From assembly GCA_010093705.1 (NCBI GenBank), contig MU006104.1, forward strand, positions 186,001 through 250,000: 64,000 nucleotides of DNA. Reading direction: 5' to 3'. Each line of letters begins with the position of its first letter. Position 1 is the first letter of the stretch. The notes under the pieces were generated by a model. The model was not told the origin of the DNA. It worked only from the letters and a program-made list of their open reading frames with translations, and made no database searches. Shown in pieces: positions 39,921-53,400 of this stretch. Both the position numbers and the translations under genes were made by a program. Source of the DNA: Patellaria atrata CBS 101060 (lineage: Eukaryota).

Positions 39921-42900
39921 TTACCCCGCCAACACATTCCTCAACATGGTAACAAAGCTCTCATGCACCTTCCTCAACTCCACGATATCCGGCTTGACCG
40001 GCTCGCCCGCCCTCCGTCTCAGATGATCCTGACTTCTCGCTCTCCTCTTCCTCTCCGCCGCAATGGGATCAGCAGCATCGGCGTCGTCGTCCTCGGAATC
40101 GCTGTCCTCGTACGCGCTTTCGTCGTCGAGTTCGAGGTCTTGGATGTCGAGCTGAAATGACAGGTTAGTCATGAATTCCAAAGAACACATTTAAAATGCG
40201 AAGAAAAGTGGGGGGTGTAGGAAAATTACCTCGTTCAACCCGAAGTCACTGCTCCTGAATGTATCCAATCCAGGGACGACATCGTGGTTGGTGGAACCCT
40301 GCGCTGCCATCTTCTGCCGCGTCTTGTCTTGGTGCCACTTCTTTCGCGCGTGTTGCCACTTGATCAGGCTGTTGATCTCCTTGACTGCGGCGTCTTTTTG
40401 GATCAAGCCCATATCGATGGCGCCCTGGAAGAGAGCGTTCATGTCCAACTTTGCGCCGTTACGCGGGCCCTTGCGTAAGAATTCAAGTATACCTTCCAGC
40501 CAACCCATTAGGGAATTGAAAAGGCCGTTATCGTGGATGTGGACTTCATGGACGAATTTATAGAAATTGTCTTCGTGGCGGGCGCAGAGGTCGATGAATG
40601 CTTGGACTGTCTGGTTGGGGTCTGCTGATACATCCTGCCGCTGTGCTGCTTCTACGACCTTGATTGTGTCATCGACGAAAAGAGCGAAATCGGTAATGCT
40701 GTTGTATACGTTGGCGGATTTGTAGACCCGGACGAGGGGTTCGTAGAAGATGGTAAACAGGTCACGGAAGAGTTGTAGCGTTGTCGGCTACCAGAATAGA
40801 GTTAGTGATTTTTTCCCACCAAGGTAATATCAGATAAGGCACCATGAATATCTCACCTCTTCGATGATCTGCAACATCATCAATTTATCCCTTTGACGTA
40901 CATATAGCTTGGATAACTGCTTCAGATATGCAAACTTTTCTGCACCTTGTTTCATTTCATCGTCAACCTACCCAGGAAGTTAGCTTCGTACTTGCAATTA
41001 GGGATATGTACATGACGGTCTTTTTCTACTCACATTCTCCACGGCATTATTCCAAGCTACATAAGCATTGAATACGGTCCCTATCTGTTCTGAGCTGAGC
41101 TCCGGTCCGTAGTATTCCGTCCTGAGGACTACGACTAAAAGGTCGACTCTCTCGTTTTCTGCTTCTTCTCTAATAGCGTATTTAACGTCTTCATCAGCTT
41201 CGGTGAAGGATTTTATCTTTGCACATAGCACGGGATCACCAATCTTGGCCGCTACCGAGTCTATGGTTTTCTGCACAGTTCTAATACCATCATTGATCGC
41301 CATACCAAAGATGCGTTGCAGTAGCGAACGTGCGCCGAAGGGTTGAGCGAGAAAGAGATCAAGGACACCGGCCATAACGGCAGCAGGATTAGCGATGCGG
41401 ATAACATTCTTTAGTACGCTATATGGAACAAGGGAATGAATGCGTTTCGCTTGAGCAAAGAGCTCGGGCGAGTTATCTTCAGCGAGGAACAAATGATAGA
41501 TCGTGGCGGCGACTTCTATTCGAAGCCATTCGGCGAACTTTTGATACTCCGGTCTCAATTCCGAGATCTTGTTCTTGACTTTGATTTCCTGGAAAAGACT
41601 TGAAAGCCCGTTGCTTTCGACGATCTCTCGCCTGAACTTCTCCATATGAATATCAAGCTCTGCAGCTCGCTTCCTTGCGATTTCGTAGAACTGTCTCTGC
41701 TCTTCGATACGCTTTTCATCCATCTCCTTTCTACGGGCAACATCTTCAAGCTCCTCCTCATTCGGAGTGATCTTATCAGCTGTCAGGAATTCTTTTATCG
41801 CATTTGAATTAGCAATCTGCTCATTCTGAAGATAATTCCTGAGAAAAGCGCGAAGTGAGACCCGTTGTTCTTCCCGGTAAAGTATATGTTGTTCCTTATA
41901 GTTTAAGTTCTCTATTGATGCTCGTGGTGAATTTGACCCTCGTAATGACGTTGATGACCGGTTACGGGCGTGGCTACCGCTACCGCTGAACGGGAGATAG
42001 CTTCGAAAGCCCCCTCCACCGTCCGGGGGTTCCAATGTAGAGGTTTCTTGAGTTGACGAAGATGATAAAGAATCTGCATCATCATCATTTGAGGAAATCA
42101 TTGTGGCATTGCTTTTGTTTTTCCTAGGCAGAGGCGGAAGTACTTTTCCGGGTAATTCAAGTCGTATTCGTTTATAAAGGTTCGCAAAGTCTGCATACCG
42201 CCTTCCTACGTAGTGTTCAGGTTTTGAGCCCTGTTGAACTCGGATCAGAAACTCCTGTATGACGGTCAGCATTGTTGTCAAGTCCGCCCTCCCTGAAGTA
42301 GTGTCTCTTACGGCGTGTGAATGGTAACGCATATGCCTCTTAATCGAGGTTGTCCGTACTGCTGCCACGTTGACATCCCAACCATTTATATGATGGCCAC
42401 TTGGTGCATTCGCGACGAGACCACCATCATTAGCACCTCTCTCTACTACCTCTATTTCGGAGAAGCGTATTCGTTCTTCATAACCTGATGCAGTAGGTAT
42501 GCCTGAAACCATCATGAGCTCAACTAGCTTCTCAGCCTTGAGTGCTAACTTTCTTCGCTTCGTCTCCTCTAATCTGTCCTCGGATGAAGATATGTGCTTG
42601 TTTGCAAAGGACTCTAGGAACTATGAATCGCATTCCAGACACGTTAGCTGCATCCCAATAACTCTTCCCCTGAGCACCACTCACAACTTGTAGTTTGTCT
42701 TGCCAGAACTCTTTTTCTCGCGCCTTGTCCAAGAATGGGAAATTGCGGACATGATGTACGAATATGTAGCGTAATATAGGAAGTTCGGAGTCTTGAGGGG
42801 CGACTTCGCCTGCGTCTGAACGGAAGGGAGCACCGAATCTCTGAAGGGCTGTGGGGGACGACAGTTCGGAGATCTCATTCTTGCTTTGTTGCGAGATCAA

Positions 42901-43179
42901 TTCTCGTTTTAGGTCTATATGTGTTTAGCGATGGCCTCAATGTACCAGATATACAACGCTAAGAAGCTTACAATGCTCCTGTTTACCGGTCAGGATAGAA
43001 CCAGGAGGAAGTACTGATGCGGTAGACGTGAATGAGTGTTCTGATCTGTCCAGTTGCTGTCGCAAAGGTTGTGCTTGAAAATATGTTGATCCTGGAGAAT
43101 CGGAGTTGGTAACAGGTGGAGATTGTAGTTGGATGGTATTTCCGTTGACTGCTAAGTCAGGAATTGAGTTGTCCGCCAT
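39921..43179 (-). CDS. PX-domain protein (PXB/PX/DUF3818 type, YPR097W-like)
   Basis: LTGKQEH|YLKRELI, VGRRYADFANLYKRIRLELPGKVLPPLPRKNK, REEQRVSLRAFLR; multi-exon. Confidence 0.85.
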
Positions 43180-44050
43180 ACTGTGAAAGCAAGGGAGTTC
43201 AGGGTCATAGAATGAGGCTGATCGTGATCTTCAGTGGAGATATAAAGCAGTCGGCACGTATGATGGTAGTAAAACGAGTACGCGTGGACAGTGGGCTAAG
43301 TAAGGGCGAAGTAAGCTTCACACAGCAACACAGAGCGGGAAAGATGCCGGCCTGAAGAGGTAGATGGCAGTGAGGACTCTATTATGGGAGTGAAGAGGAA
43401 GTAAACCAAGAGTACTAAGAAAAACAGGTCACAATCAAGGTTAGAGGAGATTTGTTGCCAAGTAGGTATAAAGTTGAGCAATTGGAAGTGTGTACGACAA
43501 GGAACTGTTGTCATCCATGCCAGAGGGGTGACGTCCGGCCAAACTTGGATTTCCCGCCTGCACCGTGGGGTCAGTTGGTCACTCCGTTGGAGCTGTGGGT
43601 TGGAATAACCCAAGCGTGTCAGTCGACGTCAATTCTAATAGGAAAGTCTGAGATTCTGTTGTGTCATATGAAGTCTACCTCAAACATGTCCGGGTATCCT
43701 GCATACGTCTGAGTCTCCCGGTCAGCAGTTCTTACAGAAAAGATACTGTATTGTACTGTACGGTACAACATGGAAGTGACTAATAATAAATAGAAGGTAC
43801 GGCGGGGCTCTTGAAGCCAAGGAGTCCGAATGAACTGACAGATCCGCGAAGCTTGGCAGACGATCATGCTTTGATGGCAACTGCAGCCCTGACGCGGCCT
43901 GAAGTTTCAAGCTGGAAGTATTCGAGCCGTAACGTTGCCATCTCGACATAATAAACATATGTGTTTTATGATACTGTTGAGACAAAAACAGGATACCTGT
44001 AGGATACAGAGAACTATCAGCTCTATTATAGAAGAGCACAGTCTCCCATT

Positions 44051-45610
44051 CTATCTCAAAAAGAACGAATTCTGAAGAGCTCCATGAGGGTCATATTTCT
44101 CAGTCAAGACCCTTAATCTACTGCGGAAAACGTCCTCGTCGACGTAAGCTCCCTTGAGCCATCTGCTTCCCTTAGATGGGTCAAACGCCCGTCGAGCATG
44201 GAGCACTCGTCTGTTGTTGAATATCACACACTCCCCCTCCTCCAAGCGCTTCTCGAATATCGCAGACTCCGAGTTCACCAAGTCTGAGAACATACAAGCC
44301 GCCTTGTGGTACTCTCTGAATTTCTTGTCACCGTTGGGGAAAATGAATGGTCCTTGAAAAGGAGGTGACCAGTTAACATAGTCCATCATGTTTCGAGCAT
44401 ACTTCCCCGACGCCCCTCTCACGTTTCCTAATCCCTGTAGAGAGCGCATTTCGAACGTTGGCCGCTCGAACCTATAATGCTGATTGTCGTTCTTGTAGTG
44501 ATGCAGGACAGGGAGGTTCTTAAGAACCCTGAAAGATGCATAATCTGTGTTTCGTATAGTATCTGCGGCGAGGAGAGAATCAGAAAAGATTGACTCCCCG
44601 CCAGGAGCTTTGGCATGGAGAGAATGGAGAAGCTGTAGATAAGGAGGGTTCGCCATATACCTGCAATAATCCTAGTTTAGTCGATACTCGATTGGTAGTG
44701 TAGGTATTTGACACTTCTCCAGGCTTAGACTTTATCCACAAAGTTGTATCAATAGGTTATTGATTTTCGGCAGACATGAGAGTAGGTATAGAAGATTAGA
44801 AGGGACTTACAATAGATCCATATGTAGCCCTAGGAATTGGTGAGTATAGGCTACATTCTTTGCATCTACTTTTGACTTGACATCCCATGTCCGCCCATAA
44901 AAAGTGTCCCGCAAAGATCCAATCCGGCTGATTATAACTTCCACCGATTGTTCGGAAGGTGGTACATTCTTAAGGAAAAGAAGGCCATGGGTGTCTAACA
45001 TCTGTAGACCAGCAAATAGTCCGTGGTCATCATGCATCCAGTCATCAAATTCAATATATTTTACGTCCTCGAGCATTTTTTCCTGATCCCATCGTACCCG
45101 TTCATCCTGTTTAACCCTCTGAAACGACTGCCAATCAGCATACGACCTATTCACGGTATCGGCTGGAAATCGGGTACGATGTGATTCGGGATATCCAGGA
45201 AGATCATTCTGCCACTTGAGAGTAACGCTCGTCTTGCTAGGGCCTAGCTCTTTAACGGCGAGAATATCGGCCGGAATGTCTGATGTTTGGAATGTCTTTT
45301 GCTTTGTCGATGGATCAACGCAGAGCTCGCAAGTACAACTATCTCTTAGGAATATACTATCATATACCGGTCCTCCAGGAACGAGTCGAAGTTCCTTCTG
45401 GAACCTCTCATCAAGTTGGTCCTGCCACCACTGGGTTTGAGGTAACTGTGACGATGATTCTTCCCCGTTTGGAATTTTTGATTCTGATTTGACGAATTGC
45501 TCTTTGACATCGGAGGGATCTTCCTTAAACACCTGACGAACAGCATTGAATACATCTTGACCGGATATGTCCGAGTTTTTTTCGACAACGCTCTCTTTGG
45601 ACGGTTGCGG

Positions 45611-45641
<31 letters not shown>

Positions 45642-45751
45642 AGTATGCGCGCCGTCTTCAACAGACGCGTTTGAGATCTCCTCGAGCGCGAAATGCGCCC
45701 ACATATTTGCTGCGTATCCCGAAAAGCACATCTGAAATTAGAAGGGTGCAT
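44051..45751 (-). CDS. Gamma-butyrobetaine dioxygenase-like Fe(II)/2-oxoglutarate oxygenase, probably mitochondrial
   Basis: FLRDSCTCELC Zn motif, NVAYTHQFLGLHMDLL|Y (HxD), FNNRRVLHARRAF, RWLKGAY; Arg-rich presequence; intron at about 44661-44810. Confidence 0.88.
45611..45640 (-). repeat. (CAA)10 microsatellite encoding poly-Q
   Basis: (TTG)10 on the + strand inside the dioxygenase N-terminus. Confidence 0.95.
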
Positions 45752-45961
45752 TATCAATAAAAAGGAGGGGTGGATAGATTCCCTTTTCGTCTAGAAGGAA
45801 AGCGTACAGTTGTTGACATACAGCCCCTGGAGCTCTCAAGAGAAGCCGCGGCAATCACCGGCGAAGAGCTTGCTCCGGGCAAGGGATTCCGCTCGCCCAG
45901 ATGTTCACACCTCAACTCCTTCTTTCTCCCTCTCAATTGATTCAGATCAGAAGCCGGATGT

Positions 45962-47027
45962 ATGTCGAGAGATGTGGAGCACCTCAAGGATGAGGTAAGC
46001 ATGATATTGACCCAGAGACAAACTCCACAATTGCTGATCGAGGATGCTATAGGGCTCACGTGGGCAGGTCGTCGCAGCCGGCGCAATCGCAGGTCTAATA
46101 TCGAGGTACTTCCCAAGTGTCCAAGAAGTTCTGAACCCTACTAACACCCATAGATTCGTGATAGCTCCTCTCGACGTCTGCAAGATCCGTCTGCAACTCC
46201 AATCGCACTCCCTCTCAGATCCCCTCAGCCATCGCGGCATAACCGGGCCTATCTACAAAGGCACAATCGGTACCTTCAAGCACATCTTGCGCGAGGAAGG
46301 TATAACGGGTCTCTGGAAAGGAAACATACCCGCCGAACTCCTCTATGTCGCCTATGGTGCCGTCCAATTCACCGTATACCACCAAACTAGCGCTCTCCTC
46401 TCAATCCTACCTCCACCGTACCAACCTCCTGACGCAACCGGTTCGTTCATCAGCGGTGCCGTAGCTGGGACCGTGGCGACGACTTTGACATACCCACTTG
46501 ATCTATTACGCACACGATTCGCGGCTCAAGGGACCGAGAAGGTATATGAGAGTCTGCGTTCGAGCATACGCCACATCACCAAAGATGAAGGGTATCAAGG
46601 CTTCTTTCGTGGAGTCAGCGCAGCGGTAGTGCAAGTTGTGCCCTACATGGGATTATTTTTCTCCTCCTACGAGACGCTGAAGATACCTTTGGCAGGTCTG
46701 GAACTACCCTTCAGTTCTGGCGATGCCACGGCAGGGATACTGGCCAGCATTTTCTCCAAGACTACAGTCTTCCCTTTAGATACCGTCCGGAAACGTTTGC
46801 AGGTTCAGGGGCCCATGCGCTCGAGATACGTTCACCGGAATATTCCGGAATACAGGGGTGTTGCGTCTACCATAAGGATGATCCTGAAGAGAGAAGGTGT
46901 GAGAGGGTTGTATAGGGGGTTACCCGTTAGTTTGATCAAAGCGGCACCGGCGAGTGCAGTCACCATGTGGACTTATGAGCGCGCAATGAGTATCATGCTC
47001 AAACTGAATGATGAAGATGCGGATTGA
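45962..47027 (+). CDS. TPC1: Mitochondrial thiamine pyrophosphate carrier
   Basis: [45 protein letters not shown]; three carrier signatures (PLDVCK, PLDLLR, PLDTVR); [10 protein letters not shown]. Confidence 0.9.
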
Positions 47028-47288
47028 TTGATTTCTCAAATCATCAGGAAAAAAAAAGTTCTAGGCTTAACTCCAAATTAATGCTTTCTTATCGAGTCTA
47101 ACTTGTTTCTTCTTTGGGAAAATTAGAATCACAATTTCTCGTATTGTTCACATGATGTACCACGAAGGCACGACCTCTTGTGATTGTATTATATCTGTAT
47201 ACTTATCAGAGAAAAACCATATCACACCGATAACCCTATGTTCCTCCCGTTCGCTTTCTAGATATCCGACCGCCATCACACCCAACCT

Positions 47289-47865
47289 CTAATCCCCTTT
47301 ATTCGGATAATCATCCTTCCCAACAGGATTCGCCGGTCCACCCGTCTGACCCAAAACTCCCGCAACATCAACCTCGCTCTCCCTCTTCTCCTTAACCTTC
47401 TCCCTCAAAGGCGCCTGCTCCGCTTTTTTCCTAGACACACAATCAGCATCACCCCAAAATCCAAAATCGCCCCCCCCCCCCCCAATCCCCCGCCAAATCC
47501 GGCTGTCCCCCACTCGCCCCCCTATCCCCCTGTCCCCTCACAGCCTCCGCAACCTCCCCCTCCCCGGGCGCCGCCAACTGTTCCCCCTCCAACTCCCTAT
47601 GCCTGCCGACCTCCTCCTCCGTCGCGTCCTCCCCGGATCCCGCGCCTCTGACCCCTCGGCCCAGGGACGCCGGGACCGCGGCATCCGGGTCCTGCTGGTG
47701 GGAGCCGCGGTGCTCGACGGGGTGGTTCTCGGGGTCCGTGTTCGCTTTCGCGGTTTGGCGCGCTGTCGAGTCTTCGGCGGGGGCGGAGGTGGTCGGGTTG
47801 GAGGATTGGGTATATGCGGCTGTTTTGGAGGGTTGGGAGGGCCCGGTGGGGGATTGATCGGACAT
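47289..47865 (-). CDS. Small hydrophilic hypothetical protein, probably 2 exons; donor site not visible
   Basis: ORF MSDQSPTG...GEQLAAPGEGEVAEAV..., then after acceptor TAG near 47432 KKAEQAPLREKVK...; junction lies in a poly-G run. Confidence 0.55.
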
Positions 47866-47886
47866 TGTTTTTGTTATTGGGGGTGG

Positions 47887-48111
47887 NNNNNNNNNNNNNN
47901 NNNNNNNNNNNNNNNNNNNNNNNNNNNNNNNNNNNNNNNNNNNNNNNNNNNNNNNNNNNNNNNNNNNNNNNNNNNNNNNNNNNNNNNNNNNNNNNNNNNN
48001 NNNNNNNNNNNNNNNNNNNNNNNNNNNNNNNNNNNNNNNNNNNNNNNNNNNNNNNNNNNNNNNNNNNNNNNNNNNNNNNNNNNNNNNNNNNNNNNNNNNN
48101 NNNNNNNNNNN
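47887..48111. other. Assembly gap (225 N)
   Basis: Run of N flanked by G/T-rich low-complexity sequence. Confidence 0.99.
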
Positions 48112-49335
48112 GGTTGATATTTATTTTGTGTCTGGTGGGGTGGATGGGTGGTTTTCTTTTTTCATCTCTCGTCCATGACGTCGGCGGGGTCATCGTTCGG
48201 TAAGATGTTTGACGTCTGATTTTTAGATTGCAGCGAACTGCATAATTGATGATCTAGTTCTTGGACTATCCAGACTGGACTATTCAAAGGGACAAGAAAT
48301 AGATGGTAATCACTATCAACTAGGCGCAGTGGGTATCCCGAAAATTCGAAAGTGAATAGCAGCCACCAACGCTATTAAGCAGTAAATCAGGCAGTAAAAC
48401 ATTCACTCTTTTCAGTAGAAGGGAGACAGTGAATGAGCAGGCTAATACAAAGTGTATACGGCGGTATAAGGTAAGGGCTTCTCAAAATCGCGTCAACTTC
48501 CAAAGATGTTAGTAGATATTGAATATAGAAATGTACCATCAAGAAGTCATCATGTACGCAACAATCAGTTCACCTCGTTCAATTGCCTATCTGACCGTAT
48601 ACCAAAAGGGCGTATCCAGCGCAGACGAAAGTAACTTGTCATGACGCCAATGAACGGCATCAATCATATTATAATACAGATAGCCCGCCCCTTATCATCT
48701 GAGGAAAGAAGATGCGTCCTTCAGAAACCCCACCGTTAAGGGTCTTGCGTAACATCCAGAGTAGATCTGAGCCCCGTGTCCAACTCCTCGCTGATTCCCA
48801 TCCGACGCAATGCAATTCAATAAAGGTAGCAAGGGAGAGTTGGTGAGACTTAACGACGGTGCGATAAACGACGTGATAAAGACGGGTGTGGTACAGAACA
48901 TTTGCAATGCGTGCCCCACCCCCTGGGTTTTCCTTCCGGTGGCGGAATCCATCTAAGTTATGTCGTTGCCCCAGTACCTCCCGATGATGTGTGATATGTA
49001 GAAGCAGATTAAGGAGACTCGTGAAAGTAGCCGAGCGAACGGAGGGTTAGGTAAGGTAAGGCTCTTAAAACAGTGACTCCACCCTGTAACCAGTACATCA
49101 CCTTAACTCTCTTTCCCAACGAAGGATAACAATTTGTCCGTTGTACATGAACAAGCGGAGATTTAAAATGGAAACGAAAAGAGAACCGAGAATAGAAATA
49201 AACCACAGAAAATCAAATGATGACGCTTGCTTTCGTGAACTCATGACAAAGTTAGTGATAAAAGATAAGTAGAAGAGATGGCAATTTCTACGAAGGGTTA
49301 CAAATAGGCTTGCAGAAGACATGCATCCGAAGCCT

Positions 49336-50487
49336 TCACCCGTCATCATCCGCTTCGTCGTCATCTTCTTCATCTTCATCTTCACCGCTCGTACTAGGTC
49401 TCTGCACAGGTAAACCTGTTTTTGCCTTTTTGGCAGGAGTACCTTTGCTCGCCATTGAGTCAGCTTTCCGCTTTGTCGCTGAGCCAGTTTGATCTCCTTG
49501 AGCTCCCTTTGCAGGAGTACCTGCATTTTCCTTGTTGTTACCATCATCTTGACTAGGTAACTGCCCGTTCTTCTCCATTTGAGCGACTTCATCAGCTGTC
49601 AAGAAACGACCACCAGGTCCACGAGGTCTCCGCATGGCATGGTTATGTCTAGATTCGTGAAGATACGGCTTTCTCCCCTTGGATGTGAGTCGAAGCGCTT
49701 CTTCAAGCTTTTGACGGGCCATGCGACGTTTGAGGATACGGTGGAACTGTTTTGCATTGACATACAAAGGAGATTCCTCACCGCCTCCGCCTACCAGTTC
49801 TGGTGACTGTTGGTGTTGAGGTACTGGAGGTGGTTGAGGTGGCATTTGAGGTGGTCGTTGAGGGGGATGGTTCATCACGGGTTGAGGTTGCTGCATCGCA
49901 GGACTACTGATCTGTTGGCTCATTCTTCGCGGCCCTCCCATGACTTGGCCTTGAGGAATCTGTACTTGAGTGGGTAATGGTTGAGCGGACATTGCACTGG
50001 AAACTTGGGTGGGCGACCGTGGTTGATTTCGCGCGTCAGTCTTGAGCTGTGCACCGGCAACGCGCGGAGACGCCCTTGGATCTTGTGGGAGTGTGTTCTG
50101 TAACCCTTGATCCTGTAATGGAAAGTATGGTGTCCCTGCGGCTGCGGCTGTCGCCATAGCAGCTGCCTGGGTTGAGGTCATGCCATACTGCGCATGCATT
50201 CCGCCCGGAACCTGATATCCCCCAGGTGGATAACCCATCTGTTGGTGAACCTGATGATTTGCGGAATTCGGTGCATTTGGTTGTGGATAATTGTGTCCTT
50301 GTGATGGCAATATAGGTGAAGTTTGATTGTGAGGAGGATGCATTTGTGTTTGTTGACTTGGAGATGTTATTGATGCACCACCTGGTCCAGCATTTTGCGG
50401 AGCCGCATTATACGCCGGTTGTAGATGCGCTTGCGCGTGGCCGTGCGGGTTGTGATGAGGTTGTTGATACTGCGCGTACTCCATCAT
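49336..50487 (-). CDS. hapB: CCAAT-binding factor subunit HapB (Hap2/NF-YA)
   Basis: [19 protein letters not shown]...[28 protein letters not shown]-rich N-terminus; first ATG at 50487. Confidence 0.95.
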   Translation of the reverse strand: MMEYAQYQQPHHNPHGHAQAHLQPAYNAAPQNAGPGGASITSPSQQTQMHPPHNQTSPILPSQGHNYPQPNAPNSANHQVHQQMGYPPGGYQVPGGMHAQYGMTSTQAAAMATAAAAGTPYFPLQDQGLQNTLPQDPRASPRVAGAQLKTDARNQPRSPTQVSSAMSAQPLPTQVQIPQGQVMGGPRRMSQQISSPAMQQPQPVMNHPPQRPPQMPPQPPPVPQHQQSPELVGGGGEESPLYVNAKQFHRILKRRMARQKLEEALRLTSKGRKPYLHESRHNHAMRRPRGPGGRFLTADEVAQMEKNGQLPSQDDGNNKENAGTPAKGAQGDQTGSATKRKADSMASKGTPAKKAKTGLPVQRPSTSGEDEDEEDDDEADDDG

Positions 50488-53400
50488 GGGAGCAATTGTG
50501 GTGTGGTCTGCCTTCGAGGCGAGGCCACTGACTTTTTCACTGATCTCGTGTCTCAAGTATCTGGGCAGGACGCCACTTCGATAACACAAGCCTATCGTAG
50601 TTGAGTCACTAGTATCTTCGGTGATTTTGCTGACAGTTTGCTGTGTGGCAAGTAGAACTGCAAGCTACGGTCTTCGGTTGCTGCTATTGGAACGTGTGAT
50701 ATTGCGTATCGACGCGATTGAGAGTATTCCAGTCCTTGTTGCGCAGCAGGAGTAGATGGAGAACAGCTAGTGGCGGACAGTTGCAGCCTGGACCTATTAA
50801 GAAGTAAGCATACGCTCCAATCAAGCTGACAGCCCAGGGAGTTTGGAGAAGTCCAATACGAACCTTGGAGGTACAAGTGGGGGAAAGTAAGATATGCTAA
50901 AGTCAAAAGGACGATCAATTCAGCTTATCCTTCGATTACTTTAGTGAAGAGTATGCGCAACTCGAGCTCATGTGTTTGCTCTTTCTGCTCAAAGTCGGGC
51001 CTGCCGGCAAGATGGATTTCTACTGCGCCAGCCTAGAATCACGTCACAGCCAGTTGATGCGTTGTCAATTGAATGGCCACGCTGTCTGCGAGACGAAAAC
51101 TAGCAGGGCGAAAAAATCTAGTTACAGGACGTGAAGGCTGATGATAATCTCGAGATACTGATCTTGAATTTGACGTTGCCGCTAAGATACGACCGTTCTA
51201 TCAAGCGCGTCAAACGTTTTGTGAGGCGGTGCAAGCCTTTTGAGGCTATATGGAGCGGATACAGGTCTAATCCAAGGGTCGGTTGTATGTGGTTCGGAGT
51301 GGGCCTCGAGGCGGAGAGGGACGACTGCCAGTAGGAATGTGAGGATTCTTTTGAATCTGAATGGGGAGACAAACGAAAGTTAGCACGATTCGCGTGAGAT
51401 TTAGAGCAAAGCAATTGGAGGTGTGGTGAGCTGGGGGATGCGGCGTTGAGGCGGTCATTGGAGGTGGTGATGCGTTGGCAATGCAGATTTCATGCGCGCC
51501 AAACATAAACCATGGCCTTACCGTAACAATCAGTATTAATGCTTATCCCCCGTGCGAAGGCTGGCAGAATGCCGTGTCGCCCTGTGCAGATGGGCAATAT
51601 GACGTTAGATGGTGTTCCTTTATCGAGGCTAGATTCTTTAATTTATTCGCGACGGACGTGGTGAGGAGGTGAAGTGGTGGTGTTGTTGTGTCGTCGGCGT
51701 TGCGCGGGTGCGGGCTCAGGGCTGAGGGCTGAGGGCTGCGGGAAAAATTTCGTACAAAAGTATGGGAGGAGACGCTGGTTGCCGTACTTTTGGGCGGCAC
51801 TGCGGTACCGTTCCTGAGCTGGGAGGAACACTGTGCTGTAGTCGCCTCGGCTCGTATACCTGTTGTCTGACATTTGCGAACGTTAGATTCTGAAAGGTTT
51901 TTGTCATTATGCGCCGGTTACGGTGGTTGGACAAAGTTGTCGCAGTATCGCAAAGTAGTGTCGCGAGCGCATTGCGAACGAGTGGATGAGAATTGTTACC
52001 AAGGGGAACTTACCTCGCCTGAGACCGCAGTGAAATCCGGTCACGAGATTTTATGGTGTTGAGGCAAGTCTCGATGATTTTTGTTCGCTTGCGTTAAGAA
52101 CACGAGGGTGCCTGTTTGGGACAGCGTGTGAACGTGTAGTTTGCGCGTGTAGCTAAAGAATGATAATAATAAAAATGGGCCACGAGTTCAACGGGGTTTC
52201 TCCGTCGTACCTGGAAGATACAGGAATAACCTTTTGAGTTTTCTGGTAAATCAGAATCTCGTTTGGTTGCGCAAGGCTTCCCGAAGATCAAAAATGGAGT
52301 TGGGTTGATAGCAAATGATAGCTGATAGGCAGAATAACTTGACGTCCTGGCAAGTGTACTGCAAATGAAAAATTGATTGGTGCTTGGAAGCAGAAGTTAG
52401 GGGATGAAGGGATGTGAGTGGGCGAAGCTAGATCTTTAAACACAAATCGAGAATTCAAGACGACAAGACCGAATCACAACGGCTGAGTTACCTGCTCGGC
52501 AAGTCAATTATTTTTTTAAAACCACCTCTAGTTCAATGATCAGTCACCTTTTACACTCAGCTTGGGTACCTTATGAAATAATTATGCACTTTACAGAGAG
52601 CGCTTATGCACTAATCGTCGTTGCTGGCACTTTTCTGTGAGTCTGTGATGCTTTCCGTCTTTGGCGCTTGACTCTCGTTCAGGTAGGTGTGCATCACTTC
52701 AAAGCAAGATGCCTATTCGATCATCACTCAGCACTTATGACAACGCATCCACAGCTCGGTCATAGACGGCTGGCCGATCAGTTTTGATACCGATGATGCC
52801 CTGACCCAGCCGCGTCCTCTTTCCTTTTTCCCTTTCCAATTCATCTCTGGCGCCTCTACTACTCCCGCCTTCTCTTAACTTTCCAGTTTTCACCCCAGAC
52901 TTCCTCTCACCCCAGTCGATAGCCACCTCATTTACTGGTCTCTATCCCAAATTAGCCGCGGCTGCAGATCTCCAGGCCTTGTATGGATCTTGGCAGGATT
53001 ATAGAAGCTAAGCCGCGGATACGGACCACTCAGTGATCAAAAACACTCAGAGAGTCGGTGAGATGCGTCAGCCCTTTACCTTAGCATCGCTCTTTCCTCT
53101 TGCCCTGAGCCTTTCCAAAATGGTCTTGACGTCTTCAGAGAAGGGGGAAAGAAATATGTCCCTCTATCTATGACACTTGTAAAATCCGTCTCCTCTCATG
53201 AGAACTGTTACACACAACGCGTGAGCAGTTCTGCGATCACCATCATTTTCCAACGGTTGCGCCCCTCATACTCCCCCCCCTTTCCTAACTATGGTTAAAA
53301 TGGCAGGCATATGTACGTTTTCTGATTGTCGTGTGAGATGATTGATCTATCGCTCCTCAATCCCGCTCTCGGCGTAATTTTCCTTGCTTTTTGATTGGAT

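Noticed and set aside
39427..40026. 199-aa + strand ORF
   Set aside because: Runs through the C/A-rich repeat and antisense into the PX gene; likely compositional
45760..46160. TPP riboswitch near TPC1
   Set aside because: No aptamer core (GCTGAGA...CTTGATC...GATAATRCCAGCG) in the leader or introns
47432..47490. Non-canonical intron lacking a GT/GC donor
   Set aside because: Junction falls in a long homopolymer near a gap; an assembly error is more likely
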